Assembly (NCBI RefSeq): GCF_006345805.1
Contig: NW_021826203.1
Span: 1 to 41,072 of the forward strand
Source: Octopus sinensis
Lineage: Eukaryota
Reading direction: 5' to 3'
Length of the DNA: 41,072 bases
The notes under the pieces were generated by a model. It did not search any database. It saw only the letters and a list, made by a program, of their open reading frames with translations, and was not told the DNA's origin. This document shows, piece by piece, positions 22,410 through 34,050 of this stretch (within the stretch, counting starts at the first letter, position 1; every line of letters begins with the position of its first letter). Both the position numbers and the translations under genes were made by a program.

Positions 22410-22732
22410 AAGTATCATCATCACCACCACCACCACCATCACCGTCATCATCATCGCCACCACCACCACCAACACCCTCATCTTCACCACCAGCACCAGC
22501 ACCATCGCCACCACCATCATCATCGCCACCACCACCACCAATGCCAACACCATCATCATCATCATCGCTTCTCCACCACACCATCATCATCACCGCCACC
22601 ACCACCACCACCACCACCATCATCATCATCATTGTCTTCATTGTAGTCATGTCATCATCATTGTCATCGTCGTCATCACTACCACCACCAGCAGCCACAA
22701 CAACAACAACAACACCAATACCATCAATGACA
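22410..22732. repeat. Compound (CAT/CAC/CAA)n tract
   Basis: Direct reading; source of the poly-His/poly-Thr ORFs. Confidence 0.9.
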
Positions 22733-23104
22733 TTCACCTAGAAACCTCATGCTATGTCAAGAGATGAGTGCATACACACACACACACACACACACCGCAC
22801 ACACACATACACCACACACACACACGTATGGTTAAATACAATTGTAGAATTATAAAAAACAACTTGAAAAGAAAGGATACCCAAACTGAGAACAATTTAA
22901 AATTTAATTTTGACAAAATTTTGTCAAAACTTTTAAAGGAAATCTGTCTATTTTGAAAAACACAAATGCAAATATCCGTTGCAAGACAAAAATCATTATG
23001 GCTAAACATCTGTCTCCTTTGACTAAATTGCGACTGCAATCACTGTATATACAATGAACTTACAAACTTCAGAAAGATTTATATATGGAGCATATATATA
23101 TATG

Positions 23105-23310
23105 TGACCACATGTGTATCGTTGGCGATTTTCTTTCTCCGTTTTCCATTCTTTGGATCTTTCCTTTTTCTGTGTTTCTGCCAAAGAGATCCGCTCAAAA
23201 CGTTAAATCCTCCTTCTTTCTTTCCTTTCCTGAGCGTCCAATAACACTATTCTTGTTCCACGTCCTTGCGTTGTCGTGTTTTCTCTGTGTTCATGTTTGG
23301 ATTAACTATA
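23105..23310 (+). mobile_element. TA-flanked element with a decayed hammerhead-like motif
   Basis: CCAAAGA-gatccgctc-AAAACGTT at 23181-23204; downstream ttcctgagcg is shared, in reverse, with 16591-16600. Confidence 0.45.
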
Positions 23311-23554
23311 TATATATATGTGAAGTATATTTGCCAATTAAGTGTGGCTAACCACTAAGGGTGGATGCTACTGTAGCTTGTAGCCCCAGGAGAACATCTT
23401 CTCCAGCTGGTTATTGACACACTTTCTGTGCCCTATCAGTATTTGCAAAGGGAAGCCAACCTTCCCTTCGTCGGCCTGACGTGATACGTCCGGACCTGGG
23501 TTTCTGGGTATATGTATTTGCATTGGGACCCCTTTGGATCGAAGACCGGTGATT

Positions 23555-23603
23555 GTCATGTACTGATGACGGGTAAATACCCAGAAACCCGTGTACAGGT
23601 GAC
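23555..23603 (+). ncRNA. Hammerhead-like core
   Basis: CTGATGA 23563-23569, stem II gggta-aa-taccc, GAAAC 23584-23588; the 3' side merges with a family B repeat. Confidence 0.5.
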
Positions 23604-23863
23604 ATGTAAAAAACACTATTTGAGCATGGCCATTGCCAGTACCACCTGACAGACCCTCATGCCAGTGGCACGTAAAAGTACCTACTACACTCTTGGAGTG
23701 GTTGGCGTTAGGAAGGGCATCCAGCTGTAGAAACTCTGCCAGATCAGATTGGAGCATGGTGCAGCCATCTGGCTCACCAATCTCCAGTCAAACCATCCAA
23801 CTCATGCCAGCATAGAAAGTGGACATTAAATGACGACGATGGTGAAGATGATGATGATGATGA
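23590..23863 (+). mobile_element. Family B 3' UTR with (GAT)n tail
   Basis: ggcacgtaaaagtacc...ggttggcgttaggaagggcatccagctg...ggacattaaatgacg. Confidence 0.85.
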
Positions 23864-24204
23864 GGTATGAAAAGTACCCTCTCTGTGTCCATTTGGCAAC
23901 TACATACATATATATAAATCTATGCTTACATCATAGGAATTTTGAAACGTTGAGGAATGTGAAATAAATCATTCTGAACCATGGAAGTCAAAGTTGATAA
24001 AGCTATAATTAATAGCATGTAGAATATTTGGTGAAAAAGAAACCCTTGGATGGGAGGGGGGAGGAAACAAAAAAAAAAGTGAACGAAATGAAGGATAGCC
24101 TTTAACTTTCACTTCATTCATCGAAGGATTTTCTTCACACTATTTTCTATGCACCATCATTTGTAGCTTTATCTACTTTGAGTTCTACCATTAAAAATGA
24201 ATTA

Positions 24205-24233
24205 TTTCACACACACACACACACATAAGTATG

Positions 24234-24285
<52 letters not shown>

Positions 24286-24296
24286 TATATACACAC

Positions 24297-24328
<32 letters not shown>

Positions 24329-24553
24329 CATACATATATAATAATATATACATATGTGTATATATATACATTTATATACATATATATATACATATATATA
24401 CACACATATATATACACACACATATATACACACACATGCAAACACATGCACACACACACATGCACATGCACACACACACATGCACATGCGTGCACACACG
24501 CACATGCATGCACACATACATACACACACACACACGCACACACACACACATAC
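24205..24553. repeat. (TA)n/(CA)n compound tract
   Basis: Direct reading. Confidence 0.95.
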
Positions 24554-25042
24554 TAAAGCTAATTTTTGGTTTTGATTTTGATTTAAGGTTTCCTTCGATT
24601 TTTCTAATAATATGATTTTAAATCGTAATTGTAATTTCAAATAACTGGCCATTGAAAAGACAGTCGGTTGAAAGGACCAATGAAACAAATCCATTTTTAA
24701 ATGTGGATCTAGCAATGTAATTGTATACTTATAGATATAACTTTATTTTTGTTCCATTCTCAATTGAAAACTGTTCTGAAAAGGTCTTGAAAGGGTAGAA
24801 GATGGAGTATTAACTAGTCATTGAAGATGTGTCAGACTCTTTCTTTGTCTTCTCTCTGGGATTACACACACATACACAAATATCTACCCAAAAATAGAAC
24901 TGGTATTTTTGGCAAGTCACCTTGCCTCAATAAAGTTGATATATCTCATCAAGAAATAGTTCTAAGCATATCATCCCTCAACAAAAATATAGACTTGTAT
25001 ATAAAACTGTTTTCTGCAATTAAGTGTCATAAAATTTTGAGT

Positions 25043-25207
25043 GGCGTAGGAGTGACTGTGTGGTAAGTAGCTTGCTTACCAACCACATCGTTCTGGATTC
25101 AGTCCCACTGCATGGCTCCTTGGGCAAGTGTCTTCTACTATAGCCTCGGGCTGACCAAAGCCTTGTGAGTGGATTTGGTAGACGGAAACTGAAAGAAGCC
25201 CGTTGTA

Positions 25208-25267
<60 letters not shown>

Positions 25268-25491
25268 GTGTGTATATATGTTTGTGTGTCAGTGTTTGTC
25301 CCCCCAACATCACTTGACAACTGATGCTGGTGTGTTTATGTCCCCATAACTTAGCAGTTTGGCAAAAGAGATCGATAGAATAAGTACTAGGCTTACAAAG
25401 AATAAGTCCTCGTGTTGATTTGTTTGACTAAAGGTGGTGCTCCAGCATGGCCACGGTCACATGACTGAAACAAGTAAAAGAGTAAAAGAGT
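25043..25491 (+). mobile_element. SINE-A, full length
   Basis: Family match. Confidence 0.92.
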
Positions 25492-25536
25492 GGTTAAAGA
25501 GTTAATTTTTCTGTGAAGGACCCTAGAAATTATTAA

Positions 25537-26160
25537 CCCTTTTAGCTTTCAGATTATTCTGTCAAATGTATTACTTATTTATCAGGGCCGGATTAAGACC
25601 CATGCAAAAGATTTTGGTGCTTCCATATACAATTCGAAATGTAAACAATGATAAGCCATAAAATAAATTTTTATTTTTCAAAATGAAACAAAACTAACTG
25701 TCAAGATGGAAAATAATGTTTATTTTTGTAGACTTCCATATTATTTATATTTGAAAAGTTTTCTCCTGCTTTTTTGAATTGCAAAATCTTTGAATCAGAT
25801 CCTCAAAATTAATCTTATGTAAAACGTCTGCTTCTATACTTTGTAGAGATGAGGCATCCTGAATATTATGTTAGCAAGTTTAAACTGATTTCTTTTGTGC
25901 CATAGACCATTTACCATTTCTGTGGTGCATCCTTCCCCTGATGCCCTAAGCACATGCTTATTTTGCTTAATGGTTAATGCAGCACTTATTTACACACATT
26001 GTTTTGAATTAATCCTGCATTATATTATAGCTTCACGATTTCAATGCTGTGATTGTTTATTTTTAGAATGACATTGTAGAGTAGGTTTAAGAGGCCAGAT
26101 CTAGCTGGTTTAAATATAAAACAGGTAGAAAATACTCGGGTTTGATATGGCTGGTTTTGA
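25537..26160 (+). mobile_element. piggyBac-like MITE copy 1, interrupted, right TIR not seen
   Basis: TTAA|CCCTTTTAGC start; body homologous to 28250-28381. Confidence 0.7.
25583..25987. mobile_element. hAT-like MITE inserted in MITE copy 1
   Basis: cagggccggattaa at the left, degenerate ttaatgcagcac at the right; flanks ttatttat / ttatttac. Confidence 0.55.
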
Positions 26161-26202
26161 ACCTTTAGCATTCAGATTACTCTGTCAAATGTACTGCTTG
26201 TT

Positions 26203-26450
26203 TATTCTTTTATTCTTTCACTTGTTTCATTCGTTTGACTGCAGCCATGCTGGAGCACCACCTTTAGTTGAACGAATCAACCCCAGGACTTATTTTTTGT
26301 GAGTCTAGTACTTATTCTATCGGTCACTTTTGCTGAACTGCTAACTTACAAGGATGTAAACACACCAACATCAATTGTCAAGTGATGGTGGGGGTACAAA
26401 CACAGACACACAAACATATATATATGTATGTATGTATGTATATATATATA
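26203..26450 (-). mobile_element. SINE-A 3' half (partner of 28059-28222)
   Basis: Ends at the central microsatellite. Confidence 0.85.
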
Positions 26451-26454
26451 TATT

Positions 26455-27013
26455 CTCAATGTTGGTTGGACTTCAAAAATTCCAGACACACAGATCTTGA
26501 GGACAGCTGATATCTTGAGTATTGAGGCGATGGTACACAGGCACCGGTTGCGTTGAACTGGACACCTTATTAGAATGGAGGATAGAAGGATTCATAAGCA
26601 GATGCTCTATGGAGAATTTGTGAATGGAAGGAGATTCCGGCAGAAAGCAAGGCTGCGATTTAAGGACTGTGTCAAGTCCTCGTTAAAGGCCTTTGATATG
26701 CAGGACACAAACTGGGAGAACAATGCCTGTCATCGCCACAAATGGAGGAAGCAGGTTAAGGAGGGGATCGACACTTTTGAGAGAGCATGTATCCAGCATG
26801 AAGAACTTAAGCGAGCTGTGCGAAAGCGCATGGCTCGTATAGTGAATGGGGAAAGCTTGGTCTGCAATGTTTGCAGTCGTGTATGCTTGTTAAGAGCAGG
26901 GCTCATTAGCCACCAACGGAGCCGCAAATGCAAAATACAAGTTAGTCCTAGAGCGCACAATGTTCCTGAAGGTCAGTAATGGTCTTCCTCGGTCATGAGT
27001 GGACGGCCATCAT
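26455..27013 (+). pseudogene. RTE-BovB-like LINE 3' end: RT C-terminus, terminal zinc-finger-like motif, 3' hairpin
   Basis: LNVGWTSKIPDTQILRTADILSIEAMVHRHRLR*TGHLIRMEDRRIHKQMLYGE...RFKDCVKSSLK...WR...CNVCSRVCLLRAGLISHQR; in-frame TGA at 26554. Confidence 0.88.
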
Positions 27014-27053
27014 ATATATATATATATATATATATCTATACATATATATATAA

Positions 27054-27345
27054 ATCAGAGATGGAAAACAAAACAATAAATTGAACAGTTATAAATTCAA
27101 TTCAATTTAAATATTTTATACAAATAAATATGACACATCTCATAAATTACAGCTGTTTCCACTTCATCATAAAATGAAGTGTTTCAAGAATAATCAAATC
27201 CATTTATATATGTAATGATGCTTCATCAGATAGACATATCTGCTTAAATATTTGAAGAGAAATATCAAAAAATATTTGTATAAAATATTCAAATTGAATT
27301 GAATTTATAATCATTCAATTTTTTGTTTTGTTTTCCATTTCTGAT
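27054..27345. mobile_element. Fold-back element with 73-bp arms in (TA)n; split hammerhead motif in the spacer
   Basis: 27054-27126 is the reverse complement of 27273-27345; minus-strand CTGATGA 27229-27223 and GAAACAGCTGTA 27159-27148. Confidence 0.7.
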
Positions 27346-27691
27346 GTATATTTATATATTAGTAAACTGTAAGTTTATTTTTTATTTACCCCTTGGAGTA
27401 ACATTGTTATTGATATAGGTAATATAAACCAGTAAATTCTTTGAATATTTAATATCCATTAGATGTATTTTACACCTAGTTAAACTGTTATTATATTTAT
27501 ATATATATCTGTAAATATAATATGTGACGAATATTCGGTAGCAATTATAATACAATATGTGACAATTATTCGGTAGCAATTATAATATAATATATGACAA
27601 TTATATTATGTAAATAAATTCCTCTATTTACATAATATTGAGGTCTCTTTCTTTCTTTTGTTATCTTACCATTTTTACCAATACGTTAAAC

Positions 27692-27727
<36 letters not shown>

Positions 27728-27749
27728 ATATATATATATCATCATCATC

Positions 27750-28045
27750 AGCATCATCATCGTTTAGCATCCGTTTTCCATGCTAGCATGGGTTGGACGG
27801 TTCTACTGGGGTCTGTGAAGCCAGAAGGCTTCATCAAGCCCAGTCAAATCTTGCAGTGTTTCTACGGCTGGATGCCCTTCCTAACGCCAACCAGTCCGTG
27901 AGTGTAGTGGGTGCTTTTTACGTGCCACCCGCACAGGTGCCAGACATAGCTGGCAAACAGCCACGAACGGATGGTGCTTTTTATGTGCCACCGGCATGAG
28001 GGCCAGGCGAGGCTGGCAACGGACACGAACGGATGGTGCTTTTTT
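27750..28045 (-). mobile_element. Family B 3' UTR with (GAT)n tail
   Basis: Family match. Confidence 0.85.
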
Positions 28046-28058
28046 ATAAATAAATAAA

Positions 28059-28222
28059 ACGGGCTTCTTTCAGTATCTGTCTACCAAATCCACTCATAAA
28101 TCTTTGGTCAGCCTGAAGCTATAGTAGAAGACACTTGCTCAAGGTGCCATGCAATGGGACTGAACCTGGAACCATGTGGCTGGGAAGCAAGCTTCTTACC
28201 ACACAGCCACTCCTGCACCTAT
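28059..28222 (-). mobile_element. SINE-A 5' half (partner of 26203-26450)
   Basis: Begins exactly where the central microsatellite normally ends (acgggcttctttcag). Confidence 0.85.
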
Positions 28223-28437
28223 GCCCCACAGCCTCTCCTGCAACTATATATGATTGTTTATTTCTTTTATAATGACATTGTAGGATATGCATGAGTGGCC
28301 AGACCTGGCCAGTTTGAACATGAAGCAGGGGGAATATTTGGGGTTGAATATGACTAGTTTGATGAAATGTTAAAGGGTTAATGCAAAACAAGAACATCAT
28401 CATCATCATCATCACCATCGTTTAACGTCCATTAAAC

Positions 28438-28762
28438 GATGATGATGATGATGATGATGATGATGAGGATAATGAGGGTGATGATGGGGATGATGATGAT
28501 GAGGAGGAGGAGGAGGAGGAGGACGATGAGGTTGATGATGAGGATGATGATGATGAGGATGATGATGATGAGGATGATGATGATGAGGATGATGATGATG
28601 AGGATGATGAGGAAGATGGGGATGATGATGATGATGATGAGGATGATGATGAGAATGATGAGGATGATGGGGATGATGATGAGGATGAGGATGATGAGGA
28701 TGATTATGATGATGATGATAATGATGATGATGATGAGGAGGAGGAGGAGGATGGTGATGATA
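28438..28762. repeat. Compound (GAT/GAG)n tract
   Basis: Direct reading. Confidence 0.95.
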
Positions 28763-29246
28763 ATAAATGGTTATAAAAAGAACCAGGTAACTTTAAAAAA
28801 AAAATCAATTCTGTTAATAAAATCAAAATTTACCAAATTTATCAAATAACAATGAAAATTTAAATATCAAGTGTTTGGAATTAGCTTATTATCATGAATG
28901 TTATTTCCATGAATATTTAAAAATTGATGATCTGCAATGAAAATAAGTATTGAACATAAATTTATGACAAATAAATGCTAAAAAAATTTTTTTTTTTCAA
29001 AGGTGACCTGTTTTCTAACATTAACGTAATAAATTCCGTGAAAATATCAGTGTCTATTAATTGCACATTTATTCTCACTTATTCTCTTTCACGAATGCCA
29101 AAATATTTTGTTTATTCCATAAAACAACCATTTATAATCATACTTATTTTTTCTGATACAACACGTATAACAAAAAGCTTCGATTGACACCCAGAAAATT
29201 AATAACTGCTAAAAAAAATGATTAATTTTTGAGCACAACAATATAA

Positions 29247-29631
29247 TACTCTTTTACTCTTTTACTTGTTTCAGTCATTTGACTGTGGCCATGCTGGAGC
29301 ACCGCCTTTAGTCGAGAAAATCGACCCCAGGACTTTTTCTTTGTAAGCCTAGTACTTATGCTATATTTTTTTGCCAAACCGCTAAGTTACGGGGACGTAA
29401 ACACACCAGCATCGGTTGTCAAGCAATGTTGGGGGAACAAACACAGACACACAAACACATATATATACATATATACGATGGGCTTCTTTTCAGTTTCCAT
29501 CTACCAAATCCACTCACAAGGCTTTGGTCAGCCCGAGGCTATAGTAGAAGACACTTGCCCAAGGTGCCATGCAGTGGGACTGAACCTCGGAACCATGTGG
29601 TTTGTAAGCAAGCTACTTACCACACAGTCAC
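29247..29631 (-). mobile_element. SINE-A, extreme 5' end missing
   Basis: Family match. Confidence 0.9.
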
Positions 29632-30434
29632 AAACAAGAACAACATCATGACCACCACAGCCTTCGCCATGACCACCACCACTACCAGCAACAACTAAAA
29701 ACAGCAGCTGCAGCAGTAAAGCTAATTCAGTTGCTGTAACTGAAATTACCAATTTTTTTTTTTACTTATATATATATATATTTTTTTATTTTATTTTCTT
29801 TTATATTGTATCTTTCTAATCACGTCCTGTCATATTACCACGAAAAAAAACAAAAACAAAAACAAAAACAAAAAAAAAAAACAACCCCAACCCTTAAAAA
29901 GAAGCACCAAAACTTTTTCCCTACCTCCCTACCACCCTCCATCCCTCCACCCCACCTCCCCGGTTCTGCCTTACATGCTAGATGAACACGAAAGGTGTTA
30001 ACCAGCCAGAATAAATACGAACTGTATATCTGGAAAAAAAAAAAAAAAACCGGATTTCTTCCCATATATGTAAAACAAAGAAACAACAACATAGCGAAAT
30101 TCTTCAGATGAAGCCGTCCAAAATTTCACCTACATTAACCTGATCTGACAGTAGCAAGGTATGTTGGTTCACCTGCAATGGTCTCACTACACAACCCAAT
30201 TAAAAATGTTGATGGAAGCATCTGTCATGTTTTTGGCAGTCGTCGAACTTATCCAATTTTTTGGACTTCATTTCATTTCTGTAGTTCTGCTGCAACGCTT
30301 ACTTTCTCTCAGACAGTTTAGAGATAGAAGTTTGGTAGATTTTAATCTTAACCTAGCTAGCCCTGTCATGTATATATATATATATATATGAATATATGTA
30401 TGTATATATGTATGCATGTATGTATTCATATCTG

Positions 30435-30491
<57 letters not shown>

Positions 30492-30526
30492 ATCTATCTA
30501 TCTATCTATCTGTATATATATATATA

Positions 30527-31440
30527 TCATCATCATCATCATCATCATCATCATCGTTTAGCGTCCGTTTTCCATGCTAGCATGGGTTGGACGGTTCAAC
30601 TGGGGTCTGTGAAGCCAGAAGGCTTCATCAGGCCCAGTCAGATCTGGCAGTGTTTCTACGGCTGGATGCCCTTCCTAACGCCACACAAATCCGTGAGTGT
30701 AGTGGGTGCTTTTTATGTGCCACCCGGCACAGGTGCCGACAGAGCTGGCAAACGGCCACGAAACGGATGGTGTTTTTACGCCACCGGCATGAGGCCGCTC
30801 GGGGGGCGGCGCTGGCAACGGTCGCGAACGGATGGTTCTCTTACATGCCACTGGCACTGGTAACACATCTGCAATTTCCATTGATCGATTTCGATTCTGA
30901 TCCTCACTTGCCTCAACAGGTCTTCACAAGTAGAGTTTTGTGTCCCAAGAAGGGAAGGTATGCATACGTAGGCTGGCTCCATCCCATGTAGAAGGCCACG
31001 GGTTATGGACTCACTTGTCCTGCCAGGTCTTTTGCGCACAACACACTTCCAGAGGTCCCGGTCTCTAGTCATTTCCTCAATGAGACCTAAAGTTCGAAGG
31101 TCGTGCTTCACCACCTCGTCCCAGGTTTTCCTGGGTCTGCCTCTTCCGCAGGTTCCTTCAACTGCTAGGGTGTGGCACTTTTTCACACAACTATCTTCAA
31201 CCATTCTCGCCACATGACCATACCAGCGCAAACGTCTCTCTTGCACACCACAGCTGATGCTTCTTAGGTCCAGCTTTTCTCTGAAGGTACTTACACACTG
31301 TCGAGTATGCACACTGACATTACACATCCATTGGAGCATACTGGCTTCATTTCTTGCAAGCTTACGCATGTCCTCCGCAGTCACGGCCCATGTTTCACTG
31401 CCATGTAGCATGGCTGTTCGTACACACGCATCATACAGTC
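30527..31440 (-). mobile_element. 5'-truncated RTE LINE (family B), longest copy
   Basis: RT C-terminal coding region 31440-31011, then a 3' UTR with subrepeats and a (GAT)n tail. Confidence 0.92.
31011..31440 (-). pseudogene. RTE reverse transcriptase C-terminal region
   Basis: RLYDACVRTAMLHGSETW...RRLRWYGHVARM...GRGRPRKTWDEVVKHDL...DRDLWK; a 1-bp deletion relative to the 17207 copy removes the stop. Confidence 0.92.
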
Positions 31441-31454
31441 TATATATATATATA

Positions 31455-31867
31455 TCTTTTACTCTTTTACTTGTTTCGGTCGTTTCACTGTGGCCATGCT
31501 GGAGCACTGCCTTTAGTTGAGCAAATCGACCCCGGGACTTATTTTTTGGAAGCCTAGTACTTATTCTTTCGGTCTCTTTTGCCAAACTGCTATGTTACGG
31601 GCATGTAAACGCATCAGCATCGGTTGTCAAGCGATGTTCGGGGGACAAACAGACATACAAACATATACACACACATACATACATACATATATACATATAT
31701 ATGACGGGCTTCTTTCAGTTTCTGTCTACCAAATCCACTCACAAGGCTTTGGTCAGCCCAAGGCTATAGTAGAAGACACTTGCCCAAGATGGCACGCAGT
31801 GGGACTGAACCTGGAACCATGTGGTTTGTAAGCAAGCTACTTACCACACTGCCACTCCTACACCTAT
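31455..31867 (-). mobile_element. SINE-A, full length
   Basis: Family match. Confidence 0.9.
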
Positions 31868-31895
31868 ATATATCTATATCTATATCTCTCTATAT

Positions 31896-31930
<35 letters not shown>

Positions 31931-31959
31931 CACACACATATATATATTTATATATATAT

Positions 31960-32230
31960 CTGGCTTCTGTGCCAGTGGCACGTAAAAAGCACCATCCGAA
32001 CGTAGCTGATGCTAGCGCCGCCTTGACTGGCTTCTGTGCTGGTGGCACGTAAAAAGCACCCACTACACGCACAGAGTGGTTGGCGTTAGGAAGGGCATCC
32101 AGCTGTAGAAGCACTGCCAGATCAGACTGGAGCCTGGTGCAGCCTCCTAGCTTCCCAGACCCCAGTCGAACTGTCCAACCCATGCTAGCATGGAAAACGG
32201 ACGTTAAACGATGATGATGATAATGATGAT
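31960..32230 (+). mobile_element. Family B 3' UTR with (GAT)n tail
   Basis: Family match. Confidence 0.85.
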
Positions 32231-32752
32231 ATATAGAGACAGCAGTCCCCATCATCACACCATATAAAAGTTTGGGGATTCCTGGCATAAACAGTACACA
32301 GGTATATTAGGGGCAACCCAAGGAAGACAATGTTTTTAGTGCATTAAATCAAGTAATAATTAAAGCAGTCTCACATATAGGACCCAAGGTGACATTTTTG
32401 AGACATTTGCATCTTACATGCCGTCAAATATATAAGAAATCATTACTGGATGAAGGTCTGGCAAAATTGAATCCCATAAAGTCAATTTTGCCTTCCGTCC
32501 TTATGGGTTACTAAAATAAAGTATCAACCAGTCTTTATGCTATTGACTGAAACCAGCCCACCATCAAATTAGCTGGTCATTGAAAAGTCAAGTCTTTCCC
32601 TTAGTTATTTTTCAATGCTGAGCTACTGATGGGTAACTTGGTTTCACAGAAGGAAAAACTGAACGGATATTATTTTTTTTATCATTTCACTTGTTACAGG
32701 GCGGCTAGCTGGCAGAATCGTTAGCACGCCGGGCGAAATGTTTAGCGGTATA

Positions 32753-33181
32753 GGATCTTTTCGGTATGAATGGCAGTTTTAACATAATTTCCAGATAACT
32801 AAAAAATTTTAAACTTCATATACTGGTAGAATGTGTTTATAAAACATCTTTTTCTTTTGACTTTATTGAGAAAATTCTATAGTTTGTAAGATATTTGTTG
32901 TTTTCTTCCTTCAATTTCTGCAATTTCAACCAATCACTGACGTCTATTGAGGTGAAAACATTCTGTATGAATATGAATAGTCCCTTGTTTAAGAAACAGA
33001 TTGGGTTTATTTACATTTCTGAAGAAAAAAGATACCCTCCCCCCACCCCTAACCATAACCCTAACTAACCCTAACCCTAAAACAGATTGAAATGCAATAG
33101 ATCGATACTAGGGTCATAATTAGGGGTGACAATTTCATATGAAACCGCTAGAAAAAACTGCCGTTCAAACGGACGAGATCC
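32753..33181. mobile_element. Unclassified TIR element with an internal (CCCTAA)n-like tract
   Basis: ggatcttttcggtatgaatggcagtttt versus the reverse complement of aaaactgccgttcaaacggacgagatcc; telomere-like repeats at ~33047-33079. Confidence 0.7.
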
Positions 33182-33264
33182 TTCAGTGCTGAGCTCTGTT
33201 GGGTAACTTGGTTTCACAGAAGGAAAAGCTCTACTGATATTATTTTTTTTATTTCACTTGTTAC

Positions 33265-34050
33265 AGGGCGAGGAGCTGGCAGAATCGTTAGCACGCTGGG
33301 CGAAATGTTGTCTGCTGTTACGTTCTGAACTCAAAATTCAGGCTAGGTCGACTTTGCCTTTCATCCTTTCGGGGTTGATTAAATAAATACCAGTTACGCA
33401 CTGGAGTCGATGTAATCGACTTAATCTCTTTGTCTCTCGTTGTTTGTCCCCTCTGTGTTTAGCCCCTTGTGGGTAGTAAAGAAATAGGTATTTCGTCTGT
33501 CGTTACCTTCTGAACTAAAATTCCGTCGAGGTCGACTTCGTCTTTCATCCTTTCGTGGTCGATTAAATAAGTACCAGTTACGCACTGGGATCGATGTAAT
33601 CGACTTAATCGCTTTGTCTGTCCTTGTTTGTCCTCTCTGTGTTTAGCCCCTTGTGGGTAGTAAAGAAATAGGTATATCGTCTGCTGTTACGTTCTGAACC
33701 CCAAATTCCGTCGAGGTCGACTTTGCCTTTCATTTATTCGGGGTCGATTAAATAAATACCAGTTACGCACTGGAGTCGATATAATCGACTTAATCCCTTT
33801 GTCTGTCCTTGTTTGTCCCCTCTGTGTTTAGCCCCTTGTGGGTAATAAAGAAATAGGTATTTCGTCTGCCGTTATGTTCTGAACCCCAAATTCCGTCGAG
33901 GTCGACTTTGCCTTTCATTTTTTCGAGGTCGATTAAATAAATACCAGTTACGCACTGGGGTCGATATGATCGACTTAATCGCTTTGTCTGTCCTTGTTTG
34001 TCCCCTCTATGTTTAGCCCCTTGTGGGCAATAAGGAAATAAAGAAATAAA
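33265..34050 (+). repeat. SINE-E with its body amplified into 4 tandem ~184-bp units
   Basis: One A-box head, then units starting tctg at about 33311, 33496, 33680 and 33865. Confidence 0.92.

Larger units (their letters stand above)
26161..28381 (+). mobile_element. piggyBac-like MITE copy 2, split by ~2 kb of nested insertions
   Basis: Left part 26161-26207 repeats 25537-25580; right part 28250-28381 ends aaaggg|TTAA. Confidence 0.55.

Noticed and set aside
30108-30158. AG/GT-bounded 51-nt segment on plus
   Set aside because: Stops in all three frames; could only be a non-coding exon, and nothing supports that.
30776-31585. 269-aa ORF as an intact gene
   Set aside because: Chimeric: the N-terminus is SINE-A tail and TA repeat, the C-terminus is frameshifted UTR; only 31011-31440 is RT-derived.
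33311-34050. CRISPR-like arrays (also 3185-4320 and 40375-41072)
   Set aside because: Whole units repeat with no unique spacers; eukaryotic context, no cas genes.
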